Shown here: positions 46,576-64,000 of the stretch, in pieces
Numbering within the stretch: position 1 is the first letter of the stretch
Layout: each line of letters opens with the position of its first letter
Source of the DNA: the human T2T-CHM13v2.0 reference genome, Homo sapiens
NCBI RefSeq assembly: GCF_009914755.1
Contig: NC_060930.1
Strand: one strand, 5' to 3'
Length of the DNA: 64,000 bases
Translations under genes and position numbers: made by a program
Notes under the pieces: generated by a model
Told to the model about the DNA's origin: nothing
Seen by the model: only the letters and a program-made list of their open reading frames with translations
Database searches by the model: none

Positions 46576-47700
46576 GGAAATTTCCCCGTCTTCCGAGAGG
46601 TGTCATGAGCTGAGTCAGCTCCTAGCTGTGACCTTCATGTGACCTCATACATCACCTTCACCTCTCTCAGAAAATCTATGTCTTCATTCTTAAAGATAAG
46701 GACAATAACCTGCTTTGCATTGAGGAAGAAGTCAATTAAAAGATGAGATTACCTGTGTGTAAGCATTTTGTACAGAGGAAGCACTTTTTTTCTTCCTCTC
46801 ATTATCATCATTGCCTTGACTCATTTCCTGTTGTGCCCGGAAGGCGGGGGCACCTGTGAAATTAGAATGCAGCAGGGCAGGGGGTTTTCATTGGCTCAGT
46901 TCCCGCTGGTGCTGCTAGGTAACTTTGCTCATATCCTGTCTGGAAGGACAGACAAGGGTCAGACTGGATGCAGGCTGGGACACCATCAGCTTCTCACAGT
47001 TGCTTTTTCTCTCCCCATCATGGGTCTGGCCTGCTCTTAGAACTGAGTCATCGCTGATTATTCTCCCAAACACAGGAAAATCCAGGATACCCTAGCGTAT
47101 CCACTTTTAGGTGCTGACACATTGCAAGCCTCACACTTCATCCATAGTTTTAAGGATCACCTTGAACCATGGAAACGTGAGGGAAGCGAGAGGAAAGAGG
47201 CGGTGGGCGGCTCTGGCAGCAGGTGTTTTCATCAGGGGAGACCAGTTCTTCTGGGCCGCATCCCCATCACCCTTCAGACTGATGAGCTCTAAAGAAGGGA
47301 TTTGCTCTACAGTGTGTCAGTTAAATGTAGTAATCATTTTTCTTCGAAGGAAAAAGAGGCAGGAAGAAGCACGTGCTCACTCACCAGCGTTACAGCTTTT
47401 GCTCCCTGATCACAACAATAGATTTGGGCTGATTTCCTATTTTCAGGCAATCAGTGATGGGAGGAGAGGGAGCCATTAGCAGGTGCCCTAGTTGACCTTC
47501 AGCTAAATTATCGTCCCTTTCCCCTCCTGCCTTTCTTTCAATACAAGGAGAAGGGGAAGGGGGGGAGAGTAGCTCTCCATTTAAAAAAAAAAAAGGAAAA
47601 GGAAAGGAAACAGGTGCGTGGTCAGAGCTATCTAGCAAAGGGATTTAATTGATGGTGACAACAGCATTCTTAATCTGACAGCTGTTTTGGTTGTTTCATC
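46576..47700. promoter_or_regulatory. Candidate enhancer (AP-1/ETS/kB/E-box cluster; overlaps a MIR at about 46620-46770)
   Basis: TGA(G/C)TCA at 46611, 46817, 47044; GGAAATTTCC at 46576; CCGGAAG at 46837; CACGTG at 47370; AACAAT at 47414. Confidence 0.5.
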
Positions 47701-48759
47701 CCTTTGTGTCATCGAATAGGAAAATAACTTATTAGAGCTATTCATGTCAGAGATAGTCAATAAATATCAGTTGGACTGTAAGTATATGGGATATTGCTTG
47801 AAAAAAATGAGGGTTTTTTGTTTTTTTAACTTTTTTTAAAATCTGTAATGTTAAAGGCAAAGGTGCAGTCTAGTCAGCTTTGGCATCCCAACACAGTTCC
47901 TGGAAGTAGTTTTTCCAAATAAAGCACTGCAACCAAATGACAATCAGCAGATTTCAAATACATATTTTTTGACTCTTGCTCTGTCAGAGATGGCCTATCC
48001 AAAGAGAAGATGGAGATCAGAAATATTGAAAGCTCAGTTCAATGTCATCCCAAATAAATATCTCTCAGGCTGTGCAAATTAGTTACCAGTAAGTACAGTT
48101 TGAAACTTGGATAGAAGTACATTACTTTCCAACAATTGGTATTGAAAATAAAGCTACTGACAAATAGAGCCATTTATGGAGATTGGATGTTCTCTTGTTA
48201 TAACTTTTGGTGCATTTTATATCACTTGGGGAAGACTTAGAAGTGTTTTTCAGTCGTGCTGTGTAAGACGAATTCTTCCTAATAGCCTACCTCATTGTTA
48301 TTACACGTGAGTTCAGCATGAGTAGTCAAGGAGGTAATATCACTGCTAATGGCACTCAGTGCTAATGGGTATTGGGGTAGCTTAGGTTAACATAAAAAGC
48401 AGTTAGGTAAAGTGTGGGGCAGGCCACAATTAATCTCAAGTAGAACCCAAATAAAGACGAAGACCATAAACATCAATAATTCTCTAGTAGTTCAAAGGAA
48501 GAAAAGTTGAGAATTCTTTTTTTGTTAAATAGTTTTAACTGCAATATGGAAAATCCCCATATCATTAAGTTCTTGATGTCAATTGACCTATAATAAGTCC
48601 TGATGCTCATTACACATAATGATCATCTCTGTGAACTTTCTAAATTTACTGCTAAAAGTTGAAATCAAGCTATAGATTAAAAGACGATCAATATTCTATA
48701 GGTTTTCATTAATGCGTTTTATAAAGACAACATCTTTTGTTTTCATAAAATGTTCGATA

Positions 48760-51560
48760 CATATACATTTTATATATAGTATATATAAATTTATATATGC
48801 TCAAATTACAAAGCAGAATTATAAAAAAAAAATGAACCCATTACTCCACTTAAGAAGCAGAACATTACCCACACTGTTGCGATTTTCTGAGAGTTCCCTC
48901 TCCATTCTTATCCCTCTGCCCCAGCTAATTGCTATATCCTGTTGTTGTTGGTTTGTATGTTTTTAAAAAAATTTCCATCCACTTTGTCATTCATTTTTTC
49001 ATTACCTTTATGGTTTCCCATGCACCTATGTATGTGTCGCTAAACAATATACTGTTTGGCTTTATACTTTATAAAATATGTAATACTGTGTATATTCTTT
49101 TGTTACTTATTTTTTAACTTAGTTGTTATTTTATCCAAGTTTCACAAACACATAAAGTAGCTAATAGCATCCCGTCTTGACATAAAAAACATCAGTTTCT
49201 ACCCAACACTCACCACAATTTTCTGCTCCCTGGAGGCAATTGCATTCAACTTTCTCAACGGATTTTTTAAAATGCTTACCTAAATATCTTTACATTGTAT
49301 GCCTATTTTGTTACTAATTGGTTTTTTTCAGATTTAGAAAATACCTATTTTCTTCTGTCTTTGGAATATGAGAATTTCACTCTTCATACATTTCCCACCT
49401 TCCCCCTCCTCTCAGCAGGGTTAGATCATATTTTGGGTAGATCATTAGCTGGAGTTTACATAATTATGACCATATGAACACTATTCACAGCCTAGCCATG
49501 TGGTACAACATGATACTACAATTACTTTTTTTTCTGTGCAATGTTGGGCTTTCCCTAAAATTAACAATTAACTTTTGTTTGATTCATTTATTTTTCTATA
49601 TGACCATCATGAATTTAATTCCCAAATGTCCCCCAATTGTGTAAATCTCCTTTCACAATGTTCAAGCCTATTAAGTAGTCTATTATCTTTACCATGTTGA
49701 AGAAATCTTCTGACCTGTTCCAATCGGGATGGCTGTATTAGTCTGTTTTCTTGCTGCTAATAAAGACACACCCAAAACTGGGTCATCTATAAAGGAAAAG
49801 AGGCTTAATAGGCTCACAGTTCCACGTGGCTGGGGAGGCCTCACAATCATGACAGAAGGTGAAAGGTACGTCTTACATGGCGGCAGTCAAGAGAGAATGA
49901 GAGCTAAGTGAAAGGGGTTTCCCTTTATAAAACCACCAGCTCTTGTGAGACCAATTTACTACCACGAGAACAGTATGGGGGAAACTGCTCCCATGATTCA
50001 GTTGCCTCCCATGGGGTCCCGTTCAAAACACATGGAAATTATGGGAGCTACAATTCAAGATGAGATTTGCATGGTGACACAGCCAAACCCTATCAATGGT
50101 CAACAGCTGTCATTAAAATCTCCCTTCACAGTCACTCTAGGGACTCCCTTTGTGTTTTTGCTGCATTGGATATCCTGTTTCCTGGGTTCCAGGTTTTTCT
50201 TTCTCTTGTTTTACAGCCTCGTCTTTCTGAAACACATGTGCCAGTAGCTTTGTAGGAAAGGATGATAGATGATTAAATTTTTGATATGTGAATGTCTAAA
50301 TGTGACTTTATTGGCTGGTTGTAGGATTGTAGGTCGAAAATTCTTTCCCTTGGGAATTTAGAAAACATCTACTTCCAGTCTTGCTATTGAAAAGTCCAAT
50401 ATTTCTGTGTTTTGATTCTCTGTATGAAATTGTATTTTCTTCTCTGTAAGTTTGTAGATCTTTGTTGCAGATGATCTGAAATTTCTGACAATGTGCCATT
50501 CAAAAAGGGGCTATTTTCACCCATACCACTGGGTATTTGGTGAGCCTTTCAACCTGGAAAATCATGTTGTTCAGTTCTGAAGAATTTTCCTTCCACTATT
50601 TCATAAATATTTTTCTTCGGTTTGGTTTCTCTGATCTGCTTACGTTGGGCCTCCTAGTATAATTCCTGCATTTTCTTAGTATTTTTCTTTCCTAATTTCC
50701 ATCCCTTTGTCATTTTTTTTCTATTTTCTGGGAGACTTTTTCAACTTAATCTTCTTATCCTTCAACTGAGCTTTTCATTTGTGCCATAAAAGCCTTTACT
50801 TTTTCCAAGAGCTCCTTCTTTTCTTGGAGTATTTGTTTGTTATAGCATCCTGTTTTTATTTAACAGATGCAGCTCTACATGCTTCTAAAGATATTATATT
50901 TTTTAAGTTTTTTTCTAGCATATTCTCTGCATGTTCTAAGTTGTTTCATTTTTCTTTTTGTTGTGTTGATCATTGTCTTTCACACATAATGCTTTCCTCA
51001 AAGCCTAAATATCTTTTTCTGTCTGCTCATCTTTGAAAGTGGTGTGCTAAATAGAATTCCAGTTAAAATTCTAGTTGAATGTGTTATAAATATATTTCTC
51101 AAATTTATGGTTTGTCTTTTTCCTTTCTTTATTCTGTCATTCCATGAACAGACTTTCTTAATTTTAATATAGCATTTTTTTCCTTTAGGTTTTTTGCCTT
51201 TCACTTCCTGTTTAACAAATCTCTCTTGATCTTCTGATCATAAAGATGTTTTCCTGTATGGTCTTTTAAAAGTCTCATACTAATAGTTGTGATTCTTTAA
51301 TTCACCTGCAATTAAATATTGTATATGGTGAGAGATAAGCATCCAATTTCATCCTTTTCTCATACGGATAACCAGCTGCCCCTGCACCGTTTACTGAAAA
51401 GTCCATTTTTCCTCTACTGGTTTCAGTGGCAAAAATGTCATAACTCAAGTTTGTAGTTGTGTCTATTTCTGGGATATCTATTCTATTTCATCGTTCTAAT
51501 TGACAATTTCTGTATCACCTTTATATACTTGTATAAGACTTGATATTTAATAAGGACAGG
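48760..51560 (-). mobile_element. Old L1ME/HAL1-like fragments, interrupted by THE1
   Basis: ttggctggttgtaggattgtaggtcgaaaattctttccctt..cttccagtcttgctattgaaaagtcc; antisense L1 ORF2-end pattern at about 51060-51560. Confidence 0.6.
49734..50095 (-). mobile_element. THE1B-like solo LTR
   Basis: tgtattagtctgttttcttgctgctaataaagac...gacacagccaaaccctatca; TSD atggc / atggt. Confidence 0.92.
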
Positions 51561-51647
51561 TTTCCCCCACCTTATTCCTCACCTAGAATAGCATTCTGAA
51601 AACAAAGGGGAGAAAAATCTCCTAATGTGAAAGAAATGATGAGCTTA

Positions 51648-52570
51648 ACTTCATTCATTCATTAAGAATGTATTAAGTACCTACCATATTTCAGACAAGG
51701 TCTAAGAATTGAAAAATCAATAAGAAAAAATCCCTGCCCCAAAGGAATAAACAACCTAGGAGGGAAGGCTGATAAAGAATTACACTTTAATTCTATTATG
51801 AGCAAGAATAAAGGATACATAAGAAACTGCACAGAGAGAATGGAAATAATTATGCCCAGGGATCATTAGGAAAGTCTTTCCAGTAAGTAGTAGTTTCCAC
51901 TTGGTCTGAAGACATAAATTGGCATTTTATAGGAGAGAAAGGGAAAGGAATTCCAGGCAGGGGAAGCTCCATGGAGGTATGAAAGTGCATGATCTGTTTC
52001 CTAACAAAGGATCACACAAAGGAGATCAGGTTAGAAAGGAAGTTATGGCCAGACAGGGGTGGGCCTTTTCTGCCCCGCTGAGATGTTTGAACTTTATACT
52101 GAAGACAGAAGTAGACACAGAGGATTTGCAGTCAAAAGGCAATGGCACTCTTGTCCTGTATTTGATGATGTAAAAGCAGAGATAAGCAGGGCCTGGGGAG
52201 GGCACTGTGTATAGGAAGCCCAGTTTGGAGGCTGCTGCATTCTCCATGGGAGAGATGCTGAGGTCTGAGCTTACGCAGGAGTCAAGAGAATGGAGAGACG
52301 TAAAAACAGGTCAGAAGACATTAAAAGGGAAATAGAACAGGGCATGGTGAGAGTTGTTGTTAGATGTAAGGGAATGGCTAGAGTAAATGACAATAGTTAC
52401 CAGCTTGAGTAACTACGCGGATGGGGACATGACTCACTGACCTTTGGAAGCGACAGGTGCTGTGCAGAAGGAATACCACAAGGTGTTTGGCAGAGACAAG
52501 GGACAATCCATGACTTCCAGTTTGATCAAGGCATGTGAATGGAGAGACAGGTAGGCAGTTGGAGGCATAG
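51648..52570 (-). mobile_element. L2 3' region
   Basis: ttcattcattcattaagaatgtattaagtacctac tail plus a purine-rich L2 body. Confidence 0.75.
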
Positions 52571-53159
52571 GTTTAGAGCTGAAGAGTTATCCACCACCCA
52601 AACCTAAATCTCCAGTGCCCTCTCATTAGGTCATTTGGAATAACCTGGATCCTCAAATATGCTAAACTCTTTGTCCACATCCCACAGCTGTTAAGGACAG
52701 ATTTTCCAGATGAATGTACTCCGGGTTTTAGAGTATTCACGCTTTGTGCATTTTCAGCTTTAAGACATATATAGGACAATACCTTACTCTGCTTTTCATG
52801 GGGAGGCTGGGGGGAAAGGGTGGACCAGCTCAATGAAGTTCTAGGGACTTAGTAATGAAAGAGGTGCTACTGTGGAGAGTTGAGTATCAATTCCTCGACA
52901 TTAGAGTCTCCTCCACAGTGACAAGAAGAGAGGTGGCATTTACATGTGTACCTAGCCTTTCATCTCCTACAGATGCTTTGCCAGCATGCTTTAGAGGACC
53001 TTTGGGGGCCCTGAACTCATCATGGAGAGAATGATGTTGGGACGAGAAAAAGCACTTGGAGTGCATGAAGGCAAAGGGGTTTGTTTAGTTAAATCCTGGG
53101 CTATTAATAAAGGTTTCTATTGATCGCCATTATGCACTGAATTTTAAAAGGGCCTAGCC

Positions 53160-53606
53160 TGATCTGGGATGAACTGCATCCCCTTCCCCAAATGCCCATT
53201 TTGAAGTAGCCCCCGGTACTTAGCATGTAATCTTACTAGGAAATAGGTTGTTGCAGATGCAGTTACTTAAGGTGAGGTCATATGAGGAAGTAGGATGGGC
53301 ATCTAATCCAATATAGCTGGTGTCATTATAAAAAGGGGAAATTTGGACACAGCCAGGAAGGCAGGGAAAATGCCTGTGAGCACAGGCAGAGATGGGGTAA
53401 TGCATACACCAGCCAAGAGATGCCAAAGGTTGCGAGCCAACCACAGGGAGCTTAGGAGAGAAGCATGGAACAGATTATCCCTCACATCCCTCAGCAGAAA
53501 TCTGCCTTGCCAACACCTCCATTTCAGACTTGAGACAATAGCTGTCTGTTATTTAAGCCACCCAATTTATGGTATTTTGTTAGGGGAGCCCTAGCAAACC
53601 AATATT
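53160..53606 (+). mobile_element. MaLR solo LTR (MLT1C-like)
   Basis: ggaaataggttgttgcagatg...tttaagccacccaatttatggtattttgtt; 5-bp TSD tagcc. Confidence 0.88.
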
Positions 53607-54159
53607 TAGCCTATATCCTAAAGAAGGAGGAGGGGAATGGTGAGGTTATTATTATCCATTCATAAGAGCAGAAATGACAACTTTCTAACAGAATAAAATT
53701 AATCATTCTTAGATTATCCACTTTATAGCCTTCTGATTCCTAAAATTGTAATTGCCATATGTAGTAATAGAAATGGAGTGAAAAAAAGGTCTGATGGAAA
53801 CATGTTCTTTCCATGAGTGATGTACATTACACTGATGGATGGTTGATGGATATATTTGAGAGAATGAGGCCCTGTTCTAGTAAAACAGACTCAGACCTGC
53901 ATATAATCTAAACATATTGGTGCCAATGGCCCAATACATAAAGCTTCTGCTTTGACATTAAACTGATGCATGTGTTTAAAAGGTACTAAAGGCAAATGTT
54001 CAAAAATAATCTTAGACCGGTTTTCTATTCATAAAGAGGAGGAACCCGTATATTTTGCCCCTGCATAGCTACAATCAGAATTGAATGTGAAATACCAACC
54101 ATACTGGAAGGTGAAATTGACAATGAAATAACTATTCTCTATTCTCAAGGTTCATGGGA

Positions 54160-54410
54160 GGGAATTGAAAGATCACAAGTTTTGGAGTCAGATGGAGCTG
54201 GGTTCTGTTCCACTTGTACTACCTTCTACTTATGTGACCTTAATAAAGTCATTTAACCTTCTAAGATTCTGTTTGATTACCTGGAAAATGGGGAGGATTA
54301 TAGCTCCCTCAGAGAACTGGTCTGAGGATTAAATGAGATAATATTGGTAAAGTGACCAGCAATATGCATGGTAATATACTCAATAATAATGTTCAATAAA
54401 TGGTAGCTGC
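54160..54410 (+). mobile_element. MIR
   Basis: ttttggagtcagatggagctggg...tgtgaccttaataaagtcatttaacct...gaggattaaatgagataat. Confidence 0.85.
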
Positions 54411-56336
54411 AAATTTCATATTTGTCTCAATTAGTATTGGATGCAATTCTTCTGCATTCGGGCACAAATCACTTTGGCAGTTCTGGACTAGGAGATCCAC
54501 TTACTGGTATCTAAATGGGGATGACCATGGTGAAGCCTAGAAGAATCACTGAATTGCTACTAACATGTCCCTTTTTCTTTTCTTCCTTCTTTTCTTAACT
54601 GCAGTATATATCTAGATTGTGAACTGAAGCCCAAGAGTACAGCATACACTTGGGTTTGATTCAGCCTCTGTTAAAGTTCATCCAAGTGAATCTTCAGTCA
54701 AAAAAACTTCTTATTCTGAAGGACAAATTAAAATAAACTAGACCCTGTTCAAGAAAAGGTGATTCAGAGATAAAGTTTTGGAGAATGGGGACTGCACAGC
54801 AGGGTCTCCTTAGCTTGAAGGCAGTCTTTCTTTCACTCACCTGAATGTAAGCCATGCCTTTAAACTTGATTCCAATCAGTGTAGTCTCTGTGTGTGGTCT
54901 CTGAAAAAGGTGGGCTGTGAAAACTGGAAATACAAAGCAGGCAAAAGGTTTGAAGGAGAAAAGCATGTCTCTCCTGATCATCTCCAGTACATCCCTGGGC
55001 AGCCTTTTTCTGCAAGGAAAATAGTTATGCTCCATTTTGATTTTCAGTCAGCAGACTGGAAATTATGCCAGGTAGTTTGGGGTTTAAAATAACAATTTCA
55101 TGGGGAAGGAACTAGCCAACCAACTCATTTGATGTCAAGGCACCATTTATTGTAGGCCTGTGCAGTGAAGCTTCTGATACAAGTGCCCTCTTGCCATCGG
55201 GCAGCTCCAGTTCTCAAATGCCCCTTTGGTGTTTGAACTCTGTCAATTCAGTGTTGCCATGTGTTCTCCTGTAAAGAGGTTAATACTTTCTCATTTGAAT
55301 CTAGTGAAATACTCCAGGTAACATCCATCCATCCCCTTCTGCCGACCCTCTCTACCCGCCATGTCCCCTGCTGTAACTGCCCATTAATCAGCCCTGAGCT
55401 TGCCAATAGGAAAACGCATCCACGGGGCTGTGAACTCAATGGAATTAGAACAAATTAGCCTGTGACATGCAGGGACAGGCTCAGGTTGAGGGACAAGCCT
55501 GGAATGCAAAATCAGGTGGACAGAACACCCTTTAGCAGAAGGGGCTACAGCAGAGCTGTGAATGTAAAGCATCCATTTGTCTTGTACAGAGACAAAATGA
55601 AATCAGAGCTGCTTAATGAATTAAATAAAATACAACTAGGATAGCTTTTACATTTAGCACTGCAAAACCAGCGGAACTTAGACAACTGAAGAGCTAGACG
55701 GGACCTTACACATATTTTATCTACGTTACTTACTTTATAGATGAATAAACTGGAGTCTGCCCTGGGAGAGTTACCACGTATAAGGTCACACCCCACTCTC
55801 CTCCTTCCCAACTAAGGAAATTGATCCAGGTTATCAGTATAGGAAAGAGTTCATTCCAAGCACAGCATGTCTAGATTCTAATGTTGCCTTGTAAGCAAGT
55901 TATCCGTCTACTTGCCCAGTGACAGAGGCCCTCCTTGCCACAGGAGGTACAGACTTAACAGAGCAGGTCAGGGCCCTGTCTCAGTTTCTCCCTGTCCTCC
56001 TCTGTAACAGGGCACTTACAGTACGTGAAGAGCCAGGAAGTTCTTTCCTCCCCTACGGAGGGACTTCGGGTTCTGTCCTCATCTGCTAGAATCTGGGTTA
56101 TACAACATCCCCAGCACCTAACACATCGTGAAGGGGCACATTTTAGACTCCCAGAAAACCAGCTGGTTGTCGTTTCTCTCATGTAATAACACGTGGTGGG
56201 CTGAAATGGCCAGAAAGAAAGGTAGGACCTAATGACTAACAGTCAGGCGAGGCAGTGGACGCACTCTGCTGATGAGCAGCTTACAGGCGACACTGTGATC
56301 CTTCTTTCCTGGGGGCCTTCAAAAAGGCCACCATCA

Positions 56337-56702
<366 letters not shown>

Positions 56703-57296
56703 CTATCTGGAGTTGGAGAGTGGAATGGATGGATGATACTATTAAGTTCCTGAGAAACTTGAGACTAAATTTCTTTTATGTTAAAGAGAGAGGTTATTAG
56801 GGGTGCAGTGACCTCCTGAGGGCCTCCGCAGCTGGAAAAGAAGGCACAAGGTCAGGCCCCTGGGGCTAGTGGACCGCAATGCCAGCTCTGTGTCTCCCTG
56901 CCACCCCTCTTTACCTGGCATTTCCAGCTGCCACTTTCAGATTTCTCAGAGGTTGGGGTAACCATTCTTAAATACATTTACTTGGAGTACAAAATCAAGA
57001 ACATCCTCATCTGTCCTTAGGACCCTCTCTCCTCTGTCACCACGCGATTGGTGGGTAGCCCTGTTTCTGGACCTCTGCTTATTTCCCTCTGTGATGTAGA
57101 ATCACTTATTTACATGCTTGTCTCCTAGGAGACAGGAAAGCCTTTGAGGATAGAAATGATATGATAATAGTTCACCGATCGCACCCGTTACTTATTATAG
57201 ACTGCTGCACTTTGTGTAATTTTACTTCCTCTTAAAAAAGGAATTCAGTTCTACTATGTGCAGGATTTGAATGGAATTTTAAAATCTACCTTTATT

Positions 57297-57328
57297 ATAT
57301 TTAAAATCTACTCTTAGATTTTAAATAT
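57297..57328. repeat. Perfect 14-bp inverted repeat with a 4-nt spacer
   Basis: atatttaaaatcta-ctct-tagattttaaatat. Confidence 0.95.
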
Positions 57329-57789
57329 TTGTTAGAATAAAACCCTGCTGTTTAACACTGCCCAAAATTACACAGAAGTATTTGGCAGGTGGTTTGTGAC
57401 ATTTATTACCAGAAGAGCCTTACTGTGACAACTTAACTCTTTCATACGGGTAGCAACAACTTCTAGCAGTCACCAGGATGGTGAAGGAACTAGGGACTCT
57501 CTTATATGTCCATATGTGGGCTGAAGCTTTGAGGATCAACATCCTACCTACCACCTGGCCACACTGCAGCTTGCAGCGTGGAAAACTATTCCAGCTGGCA
57601 GCTTGCTGGGCACAGGAGTTGTTGCCACTGGCTCTCACGTGCATGGCCAAGTGGGTGAGAGACTCCATAGAGTTTGCGCCCCAGGCAGGCCCATAACTTG
57701 TCTCACGCTAGTCTCAGCCCTGATCCTATGTTAATTTTGCGCCCTCTATTCTCATCTTTTGCAGTCTCACCCTCATTGCAACATCTAGC

Positions 57790-57941
57790 GCAGTAGTCAA
57801 CATCGCCTGGGGACTTGTTATAAATGCAGATTCTCAGGCCTCAGCTCAGACTTGCTGAATCAGAAATTCTGACGGTGGAGCCCAGCTATCTGTATTTCCC
57901 TCTGGGTGGTTTTGATGCAAGCTTGAGTTTCAAAGCCACAG
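57790..57941. mobile_element. MER5A
   Basis: cttgttataaatgcagattctcaggcctcagctcagacttgctgaatcagaaattct. Confidence 0.85.
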
Positions 57942-57986
57942 GTCTAGAGATGGGGGAGGTGGGTATTAATTGTTGATACAGGTTGG

Positions 57987-58156
57987 GGCCTGGCATGATG
58001 GCTCCTGCCTGTCATTCCAGTGCTTTGGGAGGCTGAGAACCAAGGATGGCTTGAGGCCAGGAGTCTGAGGTTACAGTGAGCTATGATAGCGCCACTGCAA
58101 TTCAACCTGGGCGACAGAGCAAAACCCTGTCTCTAAAAAAAAAGAAAGAAAATAAA
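57987..58156 (+). mobile_element. Alu monomer (FRAM-like)
   Basis: Single monomer with right-arm insert and A-tail. Confidence 0.85.
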
Positions 58157-58359
58157 AAGCAGCCTGTCCAGTTTTCTGACTGTGAATCTTCTGATTGCCT
58201 CTCACCTCATCGAGTAGTCCCCAAAGTGCAGCCTGAGAACAGCTGGTACCTCCCACCCGCTGTCTGGCTCAGGTTTCTGGAATATGGTAACCCCCATCAC
58301 CGCCAGTGTCAGAGCCCTAAGCTCCCAGTTGTCCAGGAGAGAGGTCCAGATATGTAAAG

Positions 58360-58720
58360 AATATGAAAAAAACTGAAGTTTAGTCTAAGAAAGGAGAAGA
58401 TTAAGGACATGATACATGACATCGGATATTTTAAGGACCATTATGTAGAAACTTAGAATTTTTCTGTATTTATACGTTAGAAGCAGGACCAAAAGATAGA
58501 AGTTACAGGAGCTCAGATTTACACCAAAGAATAAGGAAAATCATCCTGACAATCACAGGTCCGTACATAGAATGCACGGCCTATAGGGATCATGGGTTCC
58601 CTCACTGCTCTTGCTCAGGCAAGGGGATAGGATTCTTGTCAAGGATATGGTAGAGGAACTTCACCATAAGACCAGGGTTACCTTAGATTACCCCAAGATT
58701 TCTTTTGACATTCTGTAATT
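58360..58720 (+). mobile_element. L3/CR1 LINE 3' fragment
   Basis: gtttagtctaagaaaggagaagattaagg...gaagttacaggagctcagattt...ataaggaaaatcatcctgacaatc. Confidence 0.65.
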
Positions 58721-59623
58721 TTAGTACCTTACATTTAATAGATACTCAACATACATAGGAAGGAAGGACAGAAGGGGAGGGACAGAAGAAAGGAAGAAGG
58801 GACAATGTGAATCATCCAAAAAGTATTGCTATCATGATTATTTGGTTTTCATTGGTATTCATTATGTAACATCAAGCTCACCTTCCTACTATATGTTGAG
58901 TTTATACAGTGTTACTTTTTATAAATATGCATCTGTGAGCACATATAAACTATGATTGGGAGAAGCAAAGGGGTGATTTATTGATTTATGCAACATATGC
59001 AGAGACACCTCTGGAGCCAGGCATTGGCAAAGTAGATGCTAGGGATGCAAAAAAGAGCAAGACACTGAGGCTTGGGCCTGTCTGAGACACGTCCACGTAG
59101 ACAGCTCACTAAAGAGGGAGGCCCCAAGTAGATGAGAATTAAGAAAAGGGCTGAGTTCAGAAAGATGTGATGGCTAATCTAAAAGCAAAAAATAAAATTC
59201 ACTAATTCTAGATTCATTTTCCTCTTCTGACTTTTCCAAAATTACTTTTCATATTAGTTCATTCTCACATTGCTAATAAAGACATACTCAAGACTGGGTG
59301 GTTTATAAAGGAGAAAGGTTTAATTGACTCACGGTTCAGCATGACTGGGGAGGCCTCAGGAAACTTACAATTGTGGCAGAAGGGGAAGCAAACATGTCTT
59401 TTTTTAATTTTTTTATTTTTATTTTTTATTATTATTATACTTTAAGTTTTAGGGTACATGTGCACAATGTGCAGGTTTGTTACATATGTACATGCGCTGC
59501 ACCCATTAACTCGTCATTTAGCATTAGGTATATCTCCTAGTGCTATCCCTCCCCCCTCCCCCAACCCCACAACAGTCCCCAGAGTGTGATGTTCCCCTTC
59601 CTGTGTCCATGTGTTCTCATTGT

Positions 59624-63578
<3,955 letters not shown>

Positions 63579-64000
63579 TGTCTTTCTTTACATGGTGGCA
63601 GCAAGGAGAATAGTGAGCAAAAGGGGAGAAAGGCCCTCATAAAACCATCAGATCTCATTAGAACTCACTCACTACCACGAGAACAGCATGGAGGTAACTG
63701 CCCCATTGATTCAATTACCTCCCACCAGGTCCCTCCCATGACACATGGGGACAATGGGAATTACAATTCAAGATGAGATTTGGGTGAGGACACAGCCAAA
63801 CCATATCACTTTTAGTCCTTGCTTCCTTGGGGAATTTCTTTTTCTTATGTCCTATACCTTCAGTAACCTCATAGCCATATCTTCTACTAACTTCTCAGCA
63901 CATTGTAGAAAATATTGCTTTTAACCATTACGTTAGTATTTTTAAAATAAGAAAGAAAACTGGATTTGGCAAAAAAAAAAAAAAAAGAAGAAGAAGAAGA

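Noticed and set aside
54620-54665. Hairpin as an iron-responsive element or pre-miRNA
   Set aside because: The loop is CAGCA rather than CAGUGN, and the stem is too short for a pre-miRNA.

Overview
Human non-coding genomic DNA; a near-consensus AluYb8 fixes the species. The window is heavily repeat-derived: about 25 Alu/FRAM copies, a Tigger1, two MER44s, MER5s, 10 MaLR/ERVL solo LTRs, old L1M/HAL1/L2/MIR/L3 fragments, and a 4.2-kb L1PA3-like insertion. I found no intact host protein-coding exon, RNA gene, CpG island, CRISPR array or novel multi-gene system. Every long ORF in the track is L1 ORF2 debris or Alu/microsatellite read-through. The most notable signals are structural: a 5'-inverted Alu bounded by a TSD (21073-21399), a twin-primed L1 nested in a THE1 LTR, an old local duplication sharing a MER5 insertion (4.7 kb vs 7.0 kb), a fold-back inverted duplication inside an MLT2 LTR, and a very young AluYb8. 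There are also candidate regulatory and splicing elements: a CTCF motif at 45111, an AP-1/ETS/kB cluster at 46.6-47.7 kb, and strong + strand splice acceptors at 10005 and 54604. L1/LTR orientation bias suggests the window lies in an intron of a + strand transcript. Repeat family names come from recalled consensus sequences, not from a RepeatMasker run, and boundaries of old repeats are approximate.
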